Below are positions 38,230-47,397 of a stretch of DNA of 64,000 bases, piece by piece. The DNA is from a virus, in the IMG/VR virus record IMGVR_UViG_3300042541_003180, positions 21,312 to 85,311 of that record. One strand, written 5' to 3'. How positions within the stretch are numbered: position 1 is the first letter of the stretch; every line of letters begins with the position of its first letter. Both the position numbers and the translations under genes were made by a program. The notes below the pieces were generated by a model that ran no database searches, had not been told where the DNA came from, and saw nothing but the letters and a program-made list of their open reading frames with translations.

Positions 38230-38658
38230 TTATCTGAATAAAAAATAGGTTATAGTACTTAGAAATAGTACACTTGGTATGACTTTATAATAAAGATTAT
38301 TATAAAGTTTAGGTGTCTCAATTAATGAGAAACCAATTACAATTAAATATGAGTATTTATCTACCTTTTTAATCTCATAAGTTCTAAAAAGTTCCATTAA
38401 ACCTTTTGTATTTAATAGTTTTGATACTTCAAATATATATTCTCTGATATAAGTTTCTGATATTCTATCAATATCAGATTTTTTCAGTGAGTAAGCTTCA
38501 CCAATTAATTCTTCAGGAACATTTAAAACAGTGTATAATCGTTGTGCATTATCAACTCTAATATTTAATGATCTTTCAAGTTCTAGTTTATTTTGTTTAA
38601 CTATTTTCTTATAATTTAAAAATAGTTTTAATTTTTTAAAAAATGATAATTTATTCAT
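38230..38658 (-). CDS. Hypothetical protein with C-terminal TM
   Basis: RLYTVLNVP; C-terminal VIPSVLFLSTITYFLF. Confidence 0.65.
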   Translation of the reverse strand: MNKLSFFKKLKLFLNYKKIVKQNKLELERSLNIRVDNAQRLYTVLNVPEELIGEAYSLKKSDIDRISETYIREYIFEVSKLLNTKGLMELFRTYEIKKVDKYSYLIVIGFSLIETPKLYNNLYYKVIPSVLFLSTITYFLFR

Positions 38659-38691
38659 AAATAATTATATTATTTTTTTTATAATAAGTTG

Positions 38692-41600
38692 TTATTGACT
38701 TTTTTGATCTGCACTTGCAGTACTTCTACCTTTAGATTCAATATATTCGTCAACACCACTTGTTGATTGATCTATTTTAGATAAAAGTCCTATAATTACA
38801 TCAAGTTGTTGATGAGTATCACCATATTTCGATTTAGGTTTAGCTGTTCCTCCTTTTGCTGCTACTACACCTTGTTTTTTATCACCAACAGATGGTCTCT
38901 TAGTTTTCTCATTATCAACATCTAATAATTTACTAAACACACTTGCCTTATCTTCAAGTGTTTGCATCATATCTTCAAATGCATTTTGATTCAGAGCTGC
39001 TAATACTGCCAAATTACCCGTTAATCTTCTTATTAGATTAACTTTGTCTCCATCAATACTTTTTAAAGCACCACCAAATTTTTTCAGAGAGGTTGCTAAT
39101 TTATCATAAGCTCCCGCAATTTTAACCATTCCACGTGCTGCTTGAGAAATTGGATCCATACCAATTAATGATTTAACTCCACTTAACATACCCATTCCAG
39201 TTATACTATTAGCTAGATTAACATAATCTAATACATTTTTAGATACATTACTCATATAGTTAGGATCGATAGTCTTAGAAAAGTATTTACTACCGGATGC
39301 CAATGTTTTTGCAACACCTACCATTGACAATGCAACTATATTAGTTTTTGCAATCTTTAATAATTTTGCACCGGATACTATTTCTACTATGTCCACATAT
39401 CCAGATATTGATGATTTTGTACCATCAATCCATTTTTTTGGTGGGTATGAGTTCCAAGTTGATTTACCAAGATCAAATATTGCCGCCACTGCAACCATTG
39501 ATGTTGCAATTATATTAATTTTAGCAATTTGATTTAACTTGGTATTAGATGTTATTTCTACTATGTCCACATATCCAGATATTGATGATTTTGTACCATC
39601 AATCCATTTTTCTGGTGGATAAAAATCCCAAACTGCTTTATCTACAAGTGTAAATAATTGTGCTACTCCAACAATTGCAAGTGATATGGCACCTATTCCA
39701 TAGACCATGTCATTAACTGCACTTTTATTAGACTTCCAAAAACCACTACCTTTCATAAATTCAAATACTGGTGCAAATGCTTGTAAAGAGGCACCAACAT
39801 TTTCACCCCATTCTTTAGAAGGAACTTTTGTTAAATCAAACTTGGCTATGTTTGTACCAAATTTTTCAGCGGCCGCTATTATACCATCCGATATAGTAAG
39901 TATAGCACTCTTCATATCCTCTGCAGAAACATTTGCTCCAAAGAAACCTGTATCCATAAGTGCTGCATATACTGGTGAGAATGCACTAATTGCAGTACCA
40001 ACACCTTCTGCCCACTCTTTACTTGGTCCATTTTTGAATGCTACTTTTACTCCTGCAAAGTATGTTGCTGCATCTACAATACCTCTTGATACTGTTCTTA
40101 TTGCTTTGGCAAAATCTTCTGGTCCAACTCCTCCACCAAGTAAACTCATTATTTTATTTGCTGCTAACATTGCATATACTGGTGAAAAAGCACCTAATGC
40201 TAGTGCTATACCTTCTGCCCAAGCTTTGGTAGGTCCACCTGTATAATTACCTTTTCTTAAAATAAATGAAGTATCAACTATGGTTTGTGCTATTAGTAAA
40301 ACAGCTTCACCACCTGCAATTAATGCAATCATTCCTAATCCAAGAGTTCCTAATATAAATGTACCAAGTCCTCCCATTGCCAACCCAAATGCGGTCATAC
40401 TTAATCCTACACTAAATGACCATTCATAAGATGGAAATTTGTCATACTTACCTAAACCAAGAATGTATGATGTTGCTACAATAGTAGCTGCCACTAACAT
40501 TACTGCCACTGCACCAATTGCAAGTGCTGCTAACCCTAAACCACCTGTTTCCATTATTAAGGCACCTAATACTAAAGCTGCCCCACCAAATGCAATCAAT
40601 GATAATCCAACCCCAAGTGCCCACTTCCAACTAGGATATTTATCATACTTACCTAATGCTAATATATGTGAAGAAATTGCAATTGCGGCAGCAATCATAA
40701 TAACTCCTATAATACCCAATGCTAAGTCTGCTATAGGCATTTTGCCCATAAGTATAACTGCGGGTGTCATTAATAATGTTACAATCGCTAAAGTTGCTCC
40801 AAGTAGAAGTATTTTAAGAATTAACATAAATGGTAGATCTGCTGTGCCTTGTAATATTATAGATGATAATGCTATTGCTGTGGCTAATGCAACTAATACT
40901 AATGGAATTAAATATATCTTACCTTTTCCTAGATATTTTTCAATTATTGTTATACCAATTGCCAAGTCAGTCATAAAATAAGACATTAACGCAAAAACTA
41001 AAGCTATTCCTAATACAGTTAAAAACTGCCAAAATCCGATAGGTTGTACATATGATAATACCCAAGAAGATACAGTAATTGCAGCCGCTATACCAACTAA
41101 AACTAATAACAGATCTGTTGCTTTAACACCGGTTCTTTTAAAAGCAATAACTCCTATTGCTATTTTATCCATATTAAACGCAATTACTGCAAACATAGCG
41201 GCTATTAGGATACCCGTTATGGCTTGTCCAAATGACATTGGTTTAATAAATGCAAGTATAAAGGACGATGCAGTAATTGCTAGTGCGATACCAACTAAAA
41301 CTTTTACTAACTCGAATGTACTTATATTAAGACTTTGAAATAGCACTACTCCTAATGCGATTTTATGTAAACTATATGAAATTACTGCAAACATAGCGGC
41401 GATTAATATAGCAGTAATTGATTGTCCTAGTGTCATTGGTTTAATAAATGCCAGTATAAAGGAAGACGCAGTAATTGCTAGTGATATGGCAACTAAAGAT
41501 TTTACTAACTGGAATGGACTAACATTTAGTTTTCCAAATATAATTGATGCGATGAATATATTCTCTAAGTAGTTTGAAAGTACTGCAAACATTGCTGCAA

Positions 41601-42183
41601 TTAATACCGCAGTTAATAGTTGTGTGAATCCAATTGGTTCTATAAATGCCATTATCCAAGAAGCCATTGTAACCGCAACTGCCATCATTACAATAACTAA
41701 TGATGCGTTAAATGCTTCTTTTATGGATAGATTTAGTTTTGCTATTTTTTCAAATGCAATTGCCATTAAGACTACGGCTAAACTTAGACCAACTACTGAT
41801 AAAAAGTCTATTTTACCAACTAGTTTGAATGCCAAACCAATCGCCAATACTGCAACAGCAATTAAAAGTATTGTGGTAACACCTTTTTTTATCTGCCCTT
41901 CTTTTTTTGGATCGTCAGATTCTTCAAATAGTCCAGTTTTTTTATCATTCTCTTTCTTCTTCTGCATTGAAAGAATGGTATTCTGTTGAGCAAGAATCTT
42001 TGTTGTATCTGATTTAATAGACTTTAAACTAACATTAATTTCAGTTAATTGTTTTGAGAAGTCACCACTTTGTAATGCGTTTGTAGTTGTAGTATTACTA
42101 GTACCCTTTTTATCAAGGGCTTGAGCAATCATTTCAAGTGATTGTGATAGATTATTTAAAGCATCTAATAACTGTTTGTCCAT
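38692..42183 (-). CDS. Tape-measure-like protein with hydrophobic repeats; start reassigned to 42183 (MDKQLL)
   Basis: Ala/Gly/Ile-rich, about 60-aa hydrophobic repeats and P-x-x-x-W repeats; TAATATATA 5 nt upstream of 42183. Confidence 0.65.
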   Translation of the reverse strand: MDKQLLDALNNLSQSLEMIAQALDKKGTSNTTTTNALQSGDFSKQLTEINVSLKSIKSDTTKILAQQNTILSMQKKKENDKKTGLFEESDDPKKEGQIKKGVTTILLIAVAVLAIGLAFKLVGKIDFLSVVGLSLAVVLMAIAFEKIAKLNLSIKEAFNASLVIVMMAVAVTMASWIMAFIEPIGFTQLLTAVLIAAMFAVLSNYLENIFIASIIFGKLNVSPFQLVKSLVAISLAITASSFILAFIKPMTLGQSITAILIAAMFAVISYSLHKIALGVVLFQSLNISTFELVKVLVGIALAITASSFILAFIKPMSFGQAITGILIAAMFAVIAFNMDKIAIGVIAFKRTGVKATDLLLVLVGIAAAITVSSWVLSYVQPIGFWQFLTVLGIALVFALMSYFMTDLAIGITIIEKYLGKGKIYLIPLVLVALATAIALSSIILQGTADLPFMLILKILLLGATLAIVTLLMTPAVILMGKMPIADLALGIIGVIMIAAAIAISSHILALGKYDKYPSWKWALGVGLSLIAFGGAALVLGALIMETGGLGLAALAIGAVAVMLVAATIVATSYILGLGKYDKFPSYEWSFSVGLSMTAFGLAMGGLGTFILGTLGLGMIALIAGGEAVLLIAQTIVDTSFILRKGNYTGGPTKAWAEGIALALGAFSPVYAMLAANKIMSLLGGGVGPEDFAKAIRTVSRGIVDAATYFAGVKVAFKNGPSKEWAEGVGTAISAFSPVYAALMDTGFFGANVSAEDMKSAILTISDGIIAAAEKFGTNIAKFDLTKVPSKEWGENVGASLQAFAPVFEFMKGSGFWKSNKSAVNDMVYGIGAISLAIVGVAQLFTLVDKAVWDFYPPEKWIDGTKSSISGYVDIVEITSNTKLNQIAKINIIATSMVAVAAIFDLGKSTWNSYPPKKWIDGTKSSISGYVDIVEIVSGAKLLKIAKTNIVALSMVGVAKTLASGSKYFSKTIDPNYMSNVSKNVLDYVNLANSITGMGMLSGVKSLIGMDPISQAARGMVKIAGAYDKLATSLKKFGGALKSIDGDKVNLIRRLTGNLAVLAALNQNAFEDMMQTLEDKASVFSKLLDVDNEKTKRPSVGDKKQGVVAAKGGTAKPKSKYGDTHQQLDVIIGLLSKIDQSTSGVDEYIESKGRSTASADQKSQ
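39379..39611. repeat. About 59-bp exact direct repeat within tape-measure-like gene
   Basis: tatttctactatgtccacatatccagatattgatgattttgtaccatcaatccattttt at 39379 and 39553 (174 bp = 58 aa period). Confidence 0.9.
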
Positions 42184-42274
42184 AAAAGTATATATTAAAA
42201 ATCTTAATCCTTTTAACATTTTATCTATTTTTTACTATAATAAAAAATAATATATAACTTATAAAACAAATCGT

Positions 42275-42736
42275 ATGGAAATGGGACTAAAAAAGACTTT
42301 GAAGTACTATATTCTCGGTGAATCTCTAAAGGAAATTGAAGCCAATCGTATATTGGACAAAATTTCTAAAAAGAAGTCACTTTCTGATAGAGAAAAGAGG
42401 TTTTTGGAATTGTATAATCACAAAACTGAAGAAACTCCTAAAGACCATATGTATTTGTCTAAGAATACAACTTGTGAAAGAGTTAAAACTTTAATTGATA
42501 GTGGTAAATCAGTAATTTGTGATTTACATGATAGAAATGGTAAAATTGGATTACAGATTGTAGATATAGATAATAAACATGCTGATGATGATTGTACTAT
42601 ATTTATGAGAGGTAATGAAACATATAAATTGGAAGATAGATTTTTATACAATTTAATTTACAATCAAAAATCAAATAAGTATTCTCTTCAAGAACAAGGT
42701 GAGTATTATGAAAAAATAAATCACGATAATGATTAA
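42275..42736 (+). CDS. Hypothetical protein with N-terminal DUF6576-like module
   Basis: ANRILDKISKKKSLSDREKRFL; TAATATATA at 42248-42256. Confidence 0.6.
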   Translation: MEMGLKKTLKYYILGESLKEIEANRILDKISKKKSLSDREKRFLELYNHKTEETPKDHMYLSKNTTCERVKTLIDSGKSVICDLHDRNGKIGLQIVDIDNKHADDDCTIFMRGNETYKLEDRFLYNLIYNQKSNKYSLQEQGEYYEKINHDND

Positions 42737-43007
42737 AAGATTTGAAGACTTTATAAATGAGGTAAGTGGTACAGAATTAGTAGGAAAAGAAATGGGTTCT
42801 GGTTTTGGAACTACAGAATTAGGTAATAATACAATAAGTTCTGGTGAAACTTCTGTACTTTATAGTGATTTAGATGGTAAATTTTATACAATGGATGAAT
42901 ACAATCAATTGTATCAAGATTATTTAAAATCAGGTGGCGGTCCATTAAATGGATTTAACAAAGAAAACCTAGAAGAGATGATTGTTTTTTTACAAGAGAA
43001 ACAATAA
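42729..43007 (+). CDS. Small CTS-like protein
   Basis: MIKRFEDFINE-V. Confidence 0.6.
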   Translation: MIKRFEDFINEVSGTELVGKEMGSGFGTTELGNNTISSGETSVLYSDLDGKFYTMDEYNQLYQDYLKSGGGPLNGFNKENLEEMIVFLQEKQ

Positions 43008-43048
43008 TACAATATATAATAAATTGATAAAAAAACAGAAATCAAGTT

Positions 43049-44374
43049 ATGAGTAGATTAGTTACCTTAAATGGTATTAATGATGAAGAGGTATTAAACT
43101 CTTTATTTAGTGGAGAAATATCTGTTATAGAAGATATTCAGGGAAGTAAGATTTGGGTTAATTGGAATGGTAAGGAATTTACGATTAAAACAAAATCTAT
43201 TTCAAGTGAGCCAATCAATCTTATCGATTTGGCAATGCAGAACTATTATAATCCTGCAATTAATTACTTTAATTCTTTAGATCCTAGAGTAAAAAGTTTA
43301 TTAAATAAAAAATGGTGGTTTTGTTTTGAGTATTTCCCAGACGAGCAACCTGCAAACATTCAATATGCTAGAGTTCCAAAAAATAATTTAGTTTTAACTG
43401 CTATAAACAAGTCGGGTAAATATGAGTTTGTTTTAGAAGAGTTAGATGAGTATTCAAGATTATTTGATGTTGAGATTATACCTGTAATTTTTCAAGGTAA
43501 ATTAACTGATAAAATGATTGAGGCAATAAAATACTTCTTAAATACAAGTGAAGAAGATTTGGAATATATTTTCGGTGAAAAATCATTTACATTTTTCTTT
43601 TATAAGATTTTAAATCCACTTTCTGAAGGTTCATTCTTAATGGATGATGACTTTCAAAAAAACATTGAAAAACTTATTATAAGAAATAGTGATTCTGATA
43701 TGTCATTTCAGTTATTAAATCCACTATATTCAAGATTAAGTGAGAATAATGATACTGAGTTTGTAGAAATATATACTTTAATACTAATTAATTTCTTAAA
43801 TTTTTGTCAATCAGTTAATTTGACGGACTTGAAATTAAAAGGACAAACTAAAGATGAGATTTATATTTATTTAATCTGTAAACTTTACAATATTTATATT
43901 AGTGAGGTAAAGCAAGATTTATTAGACTTTGATTTTGTTGTACCTGACTTCTTTGATAAAGATAAGTTTAAAATCAATACTGAATTAATTAAAAATAAAG
44001 TAACTAAAGAATATTTATCCGAATCTGAGAAATTAGAATATATCTTTAAAGTTATTTTAGGTTCATTCAGTAAGAAAAGAAAGAAAGCTATTGGTATATT
44101 CACTGATAATACAGTTAAGTTGTTTAATAAGTTTATTGATGATATAGAAGATCATATTGGAACCTACTTAAAACGTATTAGTGAAATTGAACTAACAAGA
44201 GCTGGATTATTAGACTTTGGTGATTTCTTTGACATTCAATATGATGTTGATGGTGAAGGAGAAGTTTATCCAGATGTTTACTCTGAGTTTGAAAAAGGAG
44301 TATCAAATGATAAAAAGAAAAAAGGAAAAGGTGGTTTTGAACCAATTTCCTCAAAACAAGAACCTACTAAATAG
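43049..44374 (+). CDS. RNA-ligase-like fold protein lacking catalytic Lys
   Basis: VIEDIQGSKI (motif I KxDG altered), FCFEYF, IPVIFQG, IEKLIIR. Confidence 0.5.
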   Translation: MSRLVTLNGINDEEVLNSLFSGEISVIEDIQGSKIWVNWNGKEFTIKTKSISSEPINLIDLAMQNYYNPAINYFNSLDPRVKSLLNKKWWFCFEYFPDEQPANIQYARVPKNNLVLTAINKSGKYEFVLEELDEYSRLFDVEIIPVIFQGKLTDKMIEAIKYFLNTSEEDLEYIFGEKSFTFFFYKILNPLSEGSFLMDDDFQKNIEKLIIRNSDSDMSFQLLNPLYSRLSENNDTEFVEIYTLILINFLNFCQSVNLTDLKLKGQTKDEIYIYLICKLYNIYISEVKQDLLDFDFVVPDFFDKDKFKINTELIKNKVTKEYLSESEKLEYIFKVILGSFSKKRKKAIGIFTDNTVKLFNKFIDDIEDHIGTYLKRISEIELTRAGLLDFGDFFDIQYDVDGEGEVYPDVYSEFEKGVSNDKKKKGKGGFEPISSKQEPTK

Positions 44375-44383
44375 TAGGTTTTT
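44361..44383 (+). terminator. Intrinsic terminator
   Basis: aacctacta-aa-tagtaggttttt. Confidence 0.7.
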
Positions 44384-44402
44384 CTGTAAAATATAAAACA
44401 CA

Positions 44403-44624
44403 ATGAACGAAATAAATTTAAAAATGAAAACGGTTAATGTTGAAACAAAAACAAGAAAAGTTAAGTGTGATTGGTCTGTAGAGTTAGTAAAAGATCTAAA
44501 CTCTTTTCATAATCTTGATGTTGAATCAGAACTAGAAAAACTTTTAGTAAATGAACTTAAAATAGCTACTAGAAAAGAAAATAGAAAGAAAAAAATTGAA
44601 AATTTAACCAAACATACTTGTTAA
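44403..44624 (+). CDS. 73-aa stand-alone fragment homologous to major capsid protein gp23 segment
   Basis: VETKTRKVKCDWSVELVKDLNSFHNLDVESELEKLLVNE parallels T4 gp23 IEAKSRQLKAAYSIELAQDLRAVHGMDADAELSGILATE (recalled). Confidence 0.7.
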   Translation: MNEINLKMKTVNVETKTRKVKCDWSVELVKDLNSFHNLDVESELEKLLVNELKIATRKENRKKKIENLTKHTC

Positions 44625-44640
44625 TTTTGATATAAAAACT

Positions 44641-45867
44641 ATGTATATTGAAAACACAATTATTAACCTAGATACCTCTGAAAACGTAACAAAACGTATA
44701 GACGAAAAATTATTCTCACTTCAATTTTTACCAGAATGTTTGTATGGAATATCTAATATAAAATCATTAGAATTTAATGGTGTTAAGCTTAAAACAAATT
44801 ATCTAATTGATATAGTACATACTTTAATTTTAAAATACTATTTTAAAAAGGAAAATCGTTTTGCTTTAAATGCAACAGTATTAAAAGATAAATATGGATA
44901 TCTTTATAATTATTATATTAATTACTTGGTTAGTAATGGAGTCTTAGTTTTAAAAACAAATTATCAAAACGGTGTTACATCACGAATTTATGCGTTAGAT
45001 GAGAATATATTTGTTGATAAGATAAAAAGATATAAGAACTTTGATAGAGTTCTTTTAAAGAAGTATAAACACAAGTTTATTGATATGATTCATATTGATG
45101 ATACTTCTAAGTCGAGTTTGATTGATCCTTTTATAAAAGAAAAGTTAGTTTCTGATTTGTTTAGTGTTAAAATTGAGTATGATAGAGCTATATTCTTTTT
45201 GGACTCATTAAAACACCAAGATATAGACATATATAATAGAAATATTTACTCTGTTGATTGTATTAATGATAAACATATATTTTATCATTTTGATTCTTAT
45301 GGTAGAATGCACACTAACTATACAATTTTAAAGTCATTTATTAGAAAGAATTGTTTATTAATAGATGGTGAAGAAACCTGTGAGATTGATATACAGAACA
45401 GTCAACCCCTGTTTTTAACTAAATTAATAGATATTAATATGGTTGATAAAAAAGAGTTTGAACTATTTAGACAATTAACAACTACTGGTACATACTATCA
45501 ATATGTTATGTATCAATTAGGAGAAACTGATAAAAAGAAGGTTAAAGAAATGACTTATAAAGTTCTTTTTGGTAGAAATATTGGTTCATCTAAAGTAGAT
45601 AAACAATTTAAGAAATTATTTCCTACAATACATCAATTTATTAAAACTTATAAAAAAGAGAATGAAGATTACCGAGTTTTGGCGTATGATTTACAAAAAG
45701 CGGAATCAAATCTAATTTTTAATACTATAATAAAAAAAATAAATCAATTTTATCCAGAGATAAAATTGATAACGATACACGATAGTATAGTTATACCTAA
45801 AAAATATCGTGAAGAAGTAAATCAAATTTTTGAAATAGAACTCAAAAGAGAGTTTAACATAAACTAA
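44641..45867 (+). CDS. Minimal family-A polymerase-fold protein
   Basis: YGRMHTN, EIDIQNSQP (motif A), KKVKEMTYKVLFG (motif B-like), LQKAES, ITIHDSIV (motif C); no exonuclease domains. Confidence 0.65.
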   Translation: MYIENTIINLDTSENVTKRIDEKLFSLQFLPECLYGISNIKSLEFNGVKLKTNYLIDIVHTLILKYYFKKENRFALNATVLKDKYGYLYNYYINYLVSNGVLVLKTNYQNGVTSRIYALDENIFVDKIKRYKNFDRVLLKKYKHKFIDMIHIDDTSKSSLIDPFIKEKLVSDLFSVKIEYDRAIFFLDSLKHQDIDIYNRNIYSVDCINDKHIFYHFDSYGRMHTNYTILKSFIRKNCLLIDGEETCEIDIQNSQPLFLTKLIDINMVDKKEFELFRQLTTTGTYYQYVMYQLGETDKKKVKEMTYKVLFGRNIGSSKVDKQFKKLFPTIHQFIKTYKKENEDYRVLAYDLQKAESNLIFNTIIKKINQFYPEIKLITIHDSIVIPKKYREEVNQIFEIELKREFNIN

Positions 45868-45883
45868 AAATAATATATAAGAT

Positions 45884-46042
45884 ATGAAGACATTTTATTT
45901 AAGAACAAAGAGCACAAAAGAAGTGATAAAAAAAACTAATTGTTACTCAATCGAAGAAGCAATCGAATACTTCTCAGAAGTCAAAAGACTTCCAAAAAGA
46001 GATTTGGTAAGTATATTTATTATTACCGAATCTGAAAATTAA
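45884..46042 (+). CDS. Small hypothetical protein (52 aa, not in ORF track)
   Basis: MKTFYLRTKSTKEVIKKTNCYSIEEAIEYFSEVKRL...; ATG 4 nt after TAATATATA. Confidence 0.65.
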   Translation: MKTFYLRTKSTKEVIKKTNCYSIEEAIEYFSEVKRLPKRDLVSIFIITESEN

Positions 46043-46052
46043 TATATAATTT

Positions 46053-46592
46053 GTGAATTTAGAAAATCCAAATATATCGTATCTTATATTGTCATCTGAT
46101 GGTTTAGATGATATGACATCTGTTCTTTATGCTAAAGATTATCAGATTCTTCCTTTACAGACTTACTATAAGGAAGCTTTTGATAATTCTGCTATGGGTT
46201 ATAGTGATGTAGATAATGATACTTTAAGAAAAGATGTTATTTTCCTATTAAATCACTTTCATCAAGAGTCTGCAATTATCAAATATAAAGGTGAGAAAAC
46301 TCCAAGAAGAATATATCGAACAGGTGCCGAGAAATTATTGGAAATAAATATGTTTAATACTGATTCTGAAAATATCTCATATTTATATAGAGGACTTTCA
46401 TTTTCGTTTGTTGAGTCAAAAAGATATTGGATACCAAAAAATAAGGATGATTTCAAAGTTGGTATGATTGTAGAGTATTTTAACAATAATCAATGGTCTC
46501 AAAAAGTTGTTGAGAATCCTAATGATGAATGGGAGAGAATGTATAAACTTCTTTTAAAATATGATAAAGTTAGAGTTCAATCTATGAATTAA
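46053..46592 (+). CDS. Hypothetical protein (GTG start)
   Basis: GTG 4 nt after TAATATATA, whose TAA is the upstream stop codon. Confidence 0.7.
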   Translation: MNLENPNISYLILSSDGLDDMTSVLYAKDYQILPLQTYYKEAFDNSAMGYSDVDNDTLRKDVIFLLNHFHQESAIIKYKGEKTPRRIYRTGAEKLLEINMFNTDSENISYLYRGLSFSFVESKRYWIPKNKDDFKVGMIVEYFNNNQWSQKVVENPNDEWERMYKLLLKYDKVRVQSMN

Positions 46593-46619
46593 AAAACCTC
46601 TCAAAATTGAGAGGTTTTT
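46591..46619. terminator. Bidirectional intrinsic terminator
   Basis: aaaaaacctctcaa-aa-ttgagaggttttt. Confidence 0.85.
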
Positions 46620-46620
46620 C

Positions 46621-47397
46621 TTATTTTATATAGAACCACATTATTTTATTTTTAAAGTTCGGTGTTTCTTTCATAAAGTATTTATCTTCATCAATTGATT
46701 TTATTACAAATAGTCCATCTTCATTAGTTCCTGACAAATCTGTCCTTAAAATAATGAACTTATCTTTTGAAACTAATTCAGATTCAATTAAAGTATAAGT
46801 TTGTGCTCTAACAAGTTGTTTATCTACATCAAAATATTTTGATATAGTTTCTGGATGTGCTAATATAGTAGTTCCTGGACCACGTCTATTTGTCGTCGCA
46901 ATATAATTTCCACACATAAGTGATTTGGATACAATTCTTCTTTGATTGTATTCATAGTTCTCTTTATCTGTTTTACTAGGATCATTAGTTAGAGTTAAAT
47001 CAAATGATGACATTCCATTTTTTAAAACAGGTTGTCCTTTTGTAAAGTTTTCCATATAGTTTATTAAATCTGTATGTAAATCTTCATATGATGTAAAAGG
47101 CGTTGCTTGTAATCTCATAGAAAATATCTTTACTCCTATAACTGGTATTGAACTTTCATCCATTTTTGGTAAATCAACTCTTTTATCCCATGCGGAATCT
47201 TCTTTTTCACCAGTCATAATATCAATGGCTAATTCACGATTTTGTGCTTTTACCTTTAATTGGTCTTCGAGTGTATTTTCTTCTACATAATCTAAATAAG
47301 ATATAGTAGCAACTGAACCACTATGTTGTTTTTCTGAGAAATTACATAAGTATTTTATTTCCTTTTTTATTTCATCTGTTGTTTTAGAAAGTATCAT
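46621..47397 (-). CDS. Protein containing gp23 major-capsid-like C-terminal-half relic
   Basis: QRRIVSKSLMCGNYIATTNRRGPGTTILAHP parallels gp23 EAVEIARQTGRGEGNFII (recalled). Confidence 0.55.
   Translation of the reverse strand: MILSKTTDEIKKEIKYLCNFSEKQHSGSVATISYLDYVEENTLEDQLKVKAQNRELAIDIMTGEKEDSAWDKRVDLPKMDESSIPVIGVKIFSMRLQATPFTSYEDLHTDLINYMENFTKGQPVLKNGMSSFDLTLTNDPSKTDKENYEYNQRRIVSKSLMCGNYIATTNRRGPGTTILAHPETISKYFDVDKQLVRAQTYTLIESELVSKDKFIILRTDLSGTNEDGLFVIKSIDEDKYFMKETPNFKNKIMWFYIK

Noticed and set aside
39707-41989. Long + strand ORFs antisense to the tape-measure-like gene (and similar antisense ORFs at 3603, 18543, 23176, 62065 etc.)
   Set aside because: Antisense shadows caused by codon bias in well-supported genes.
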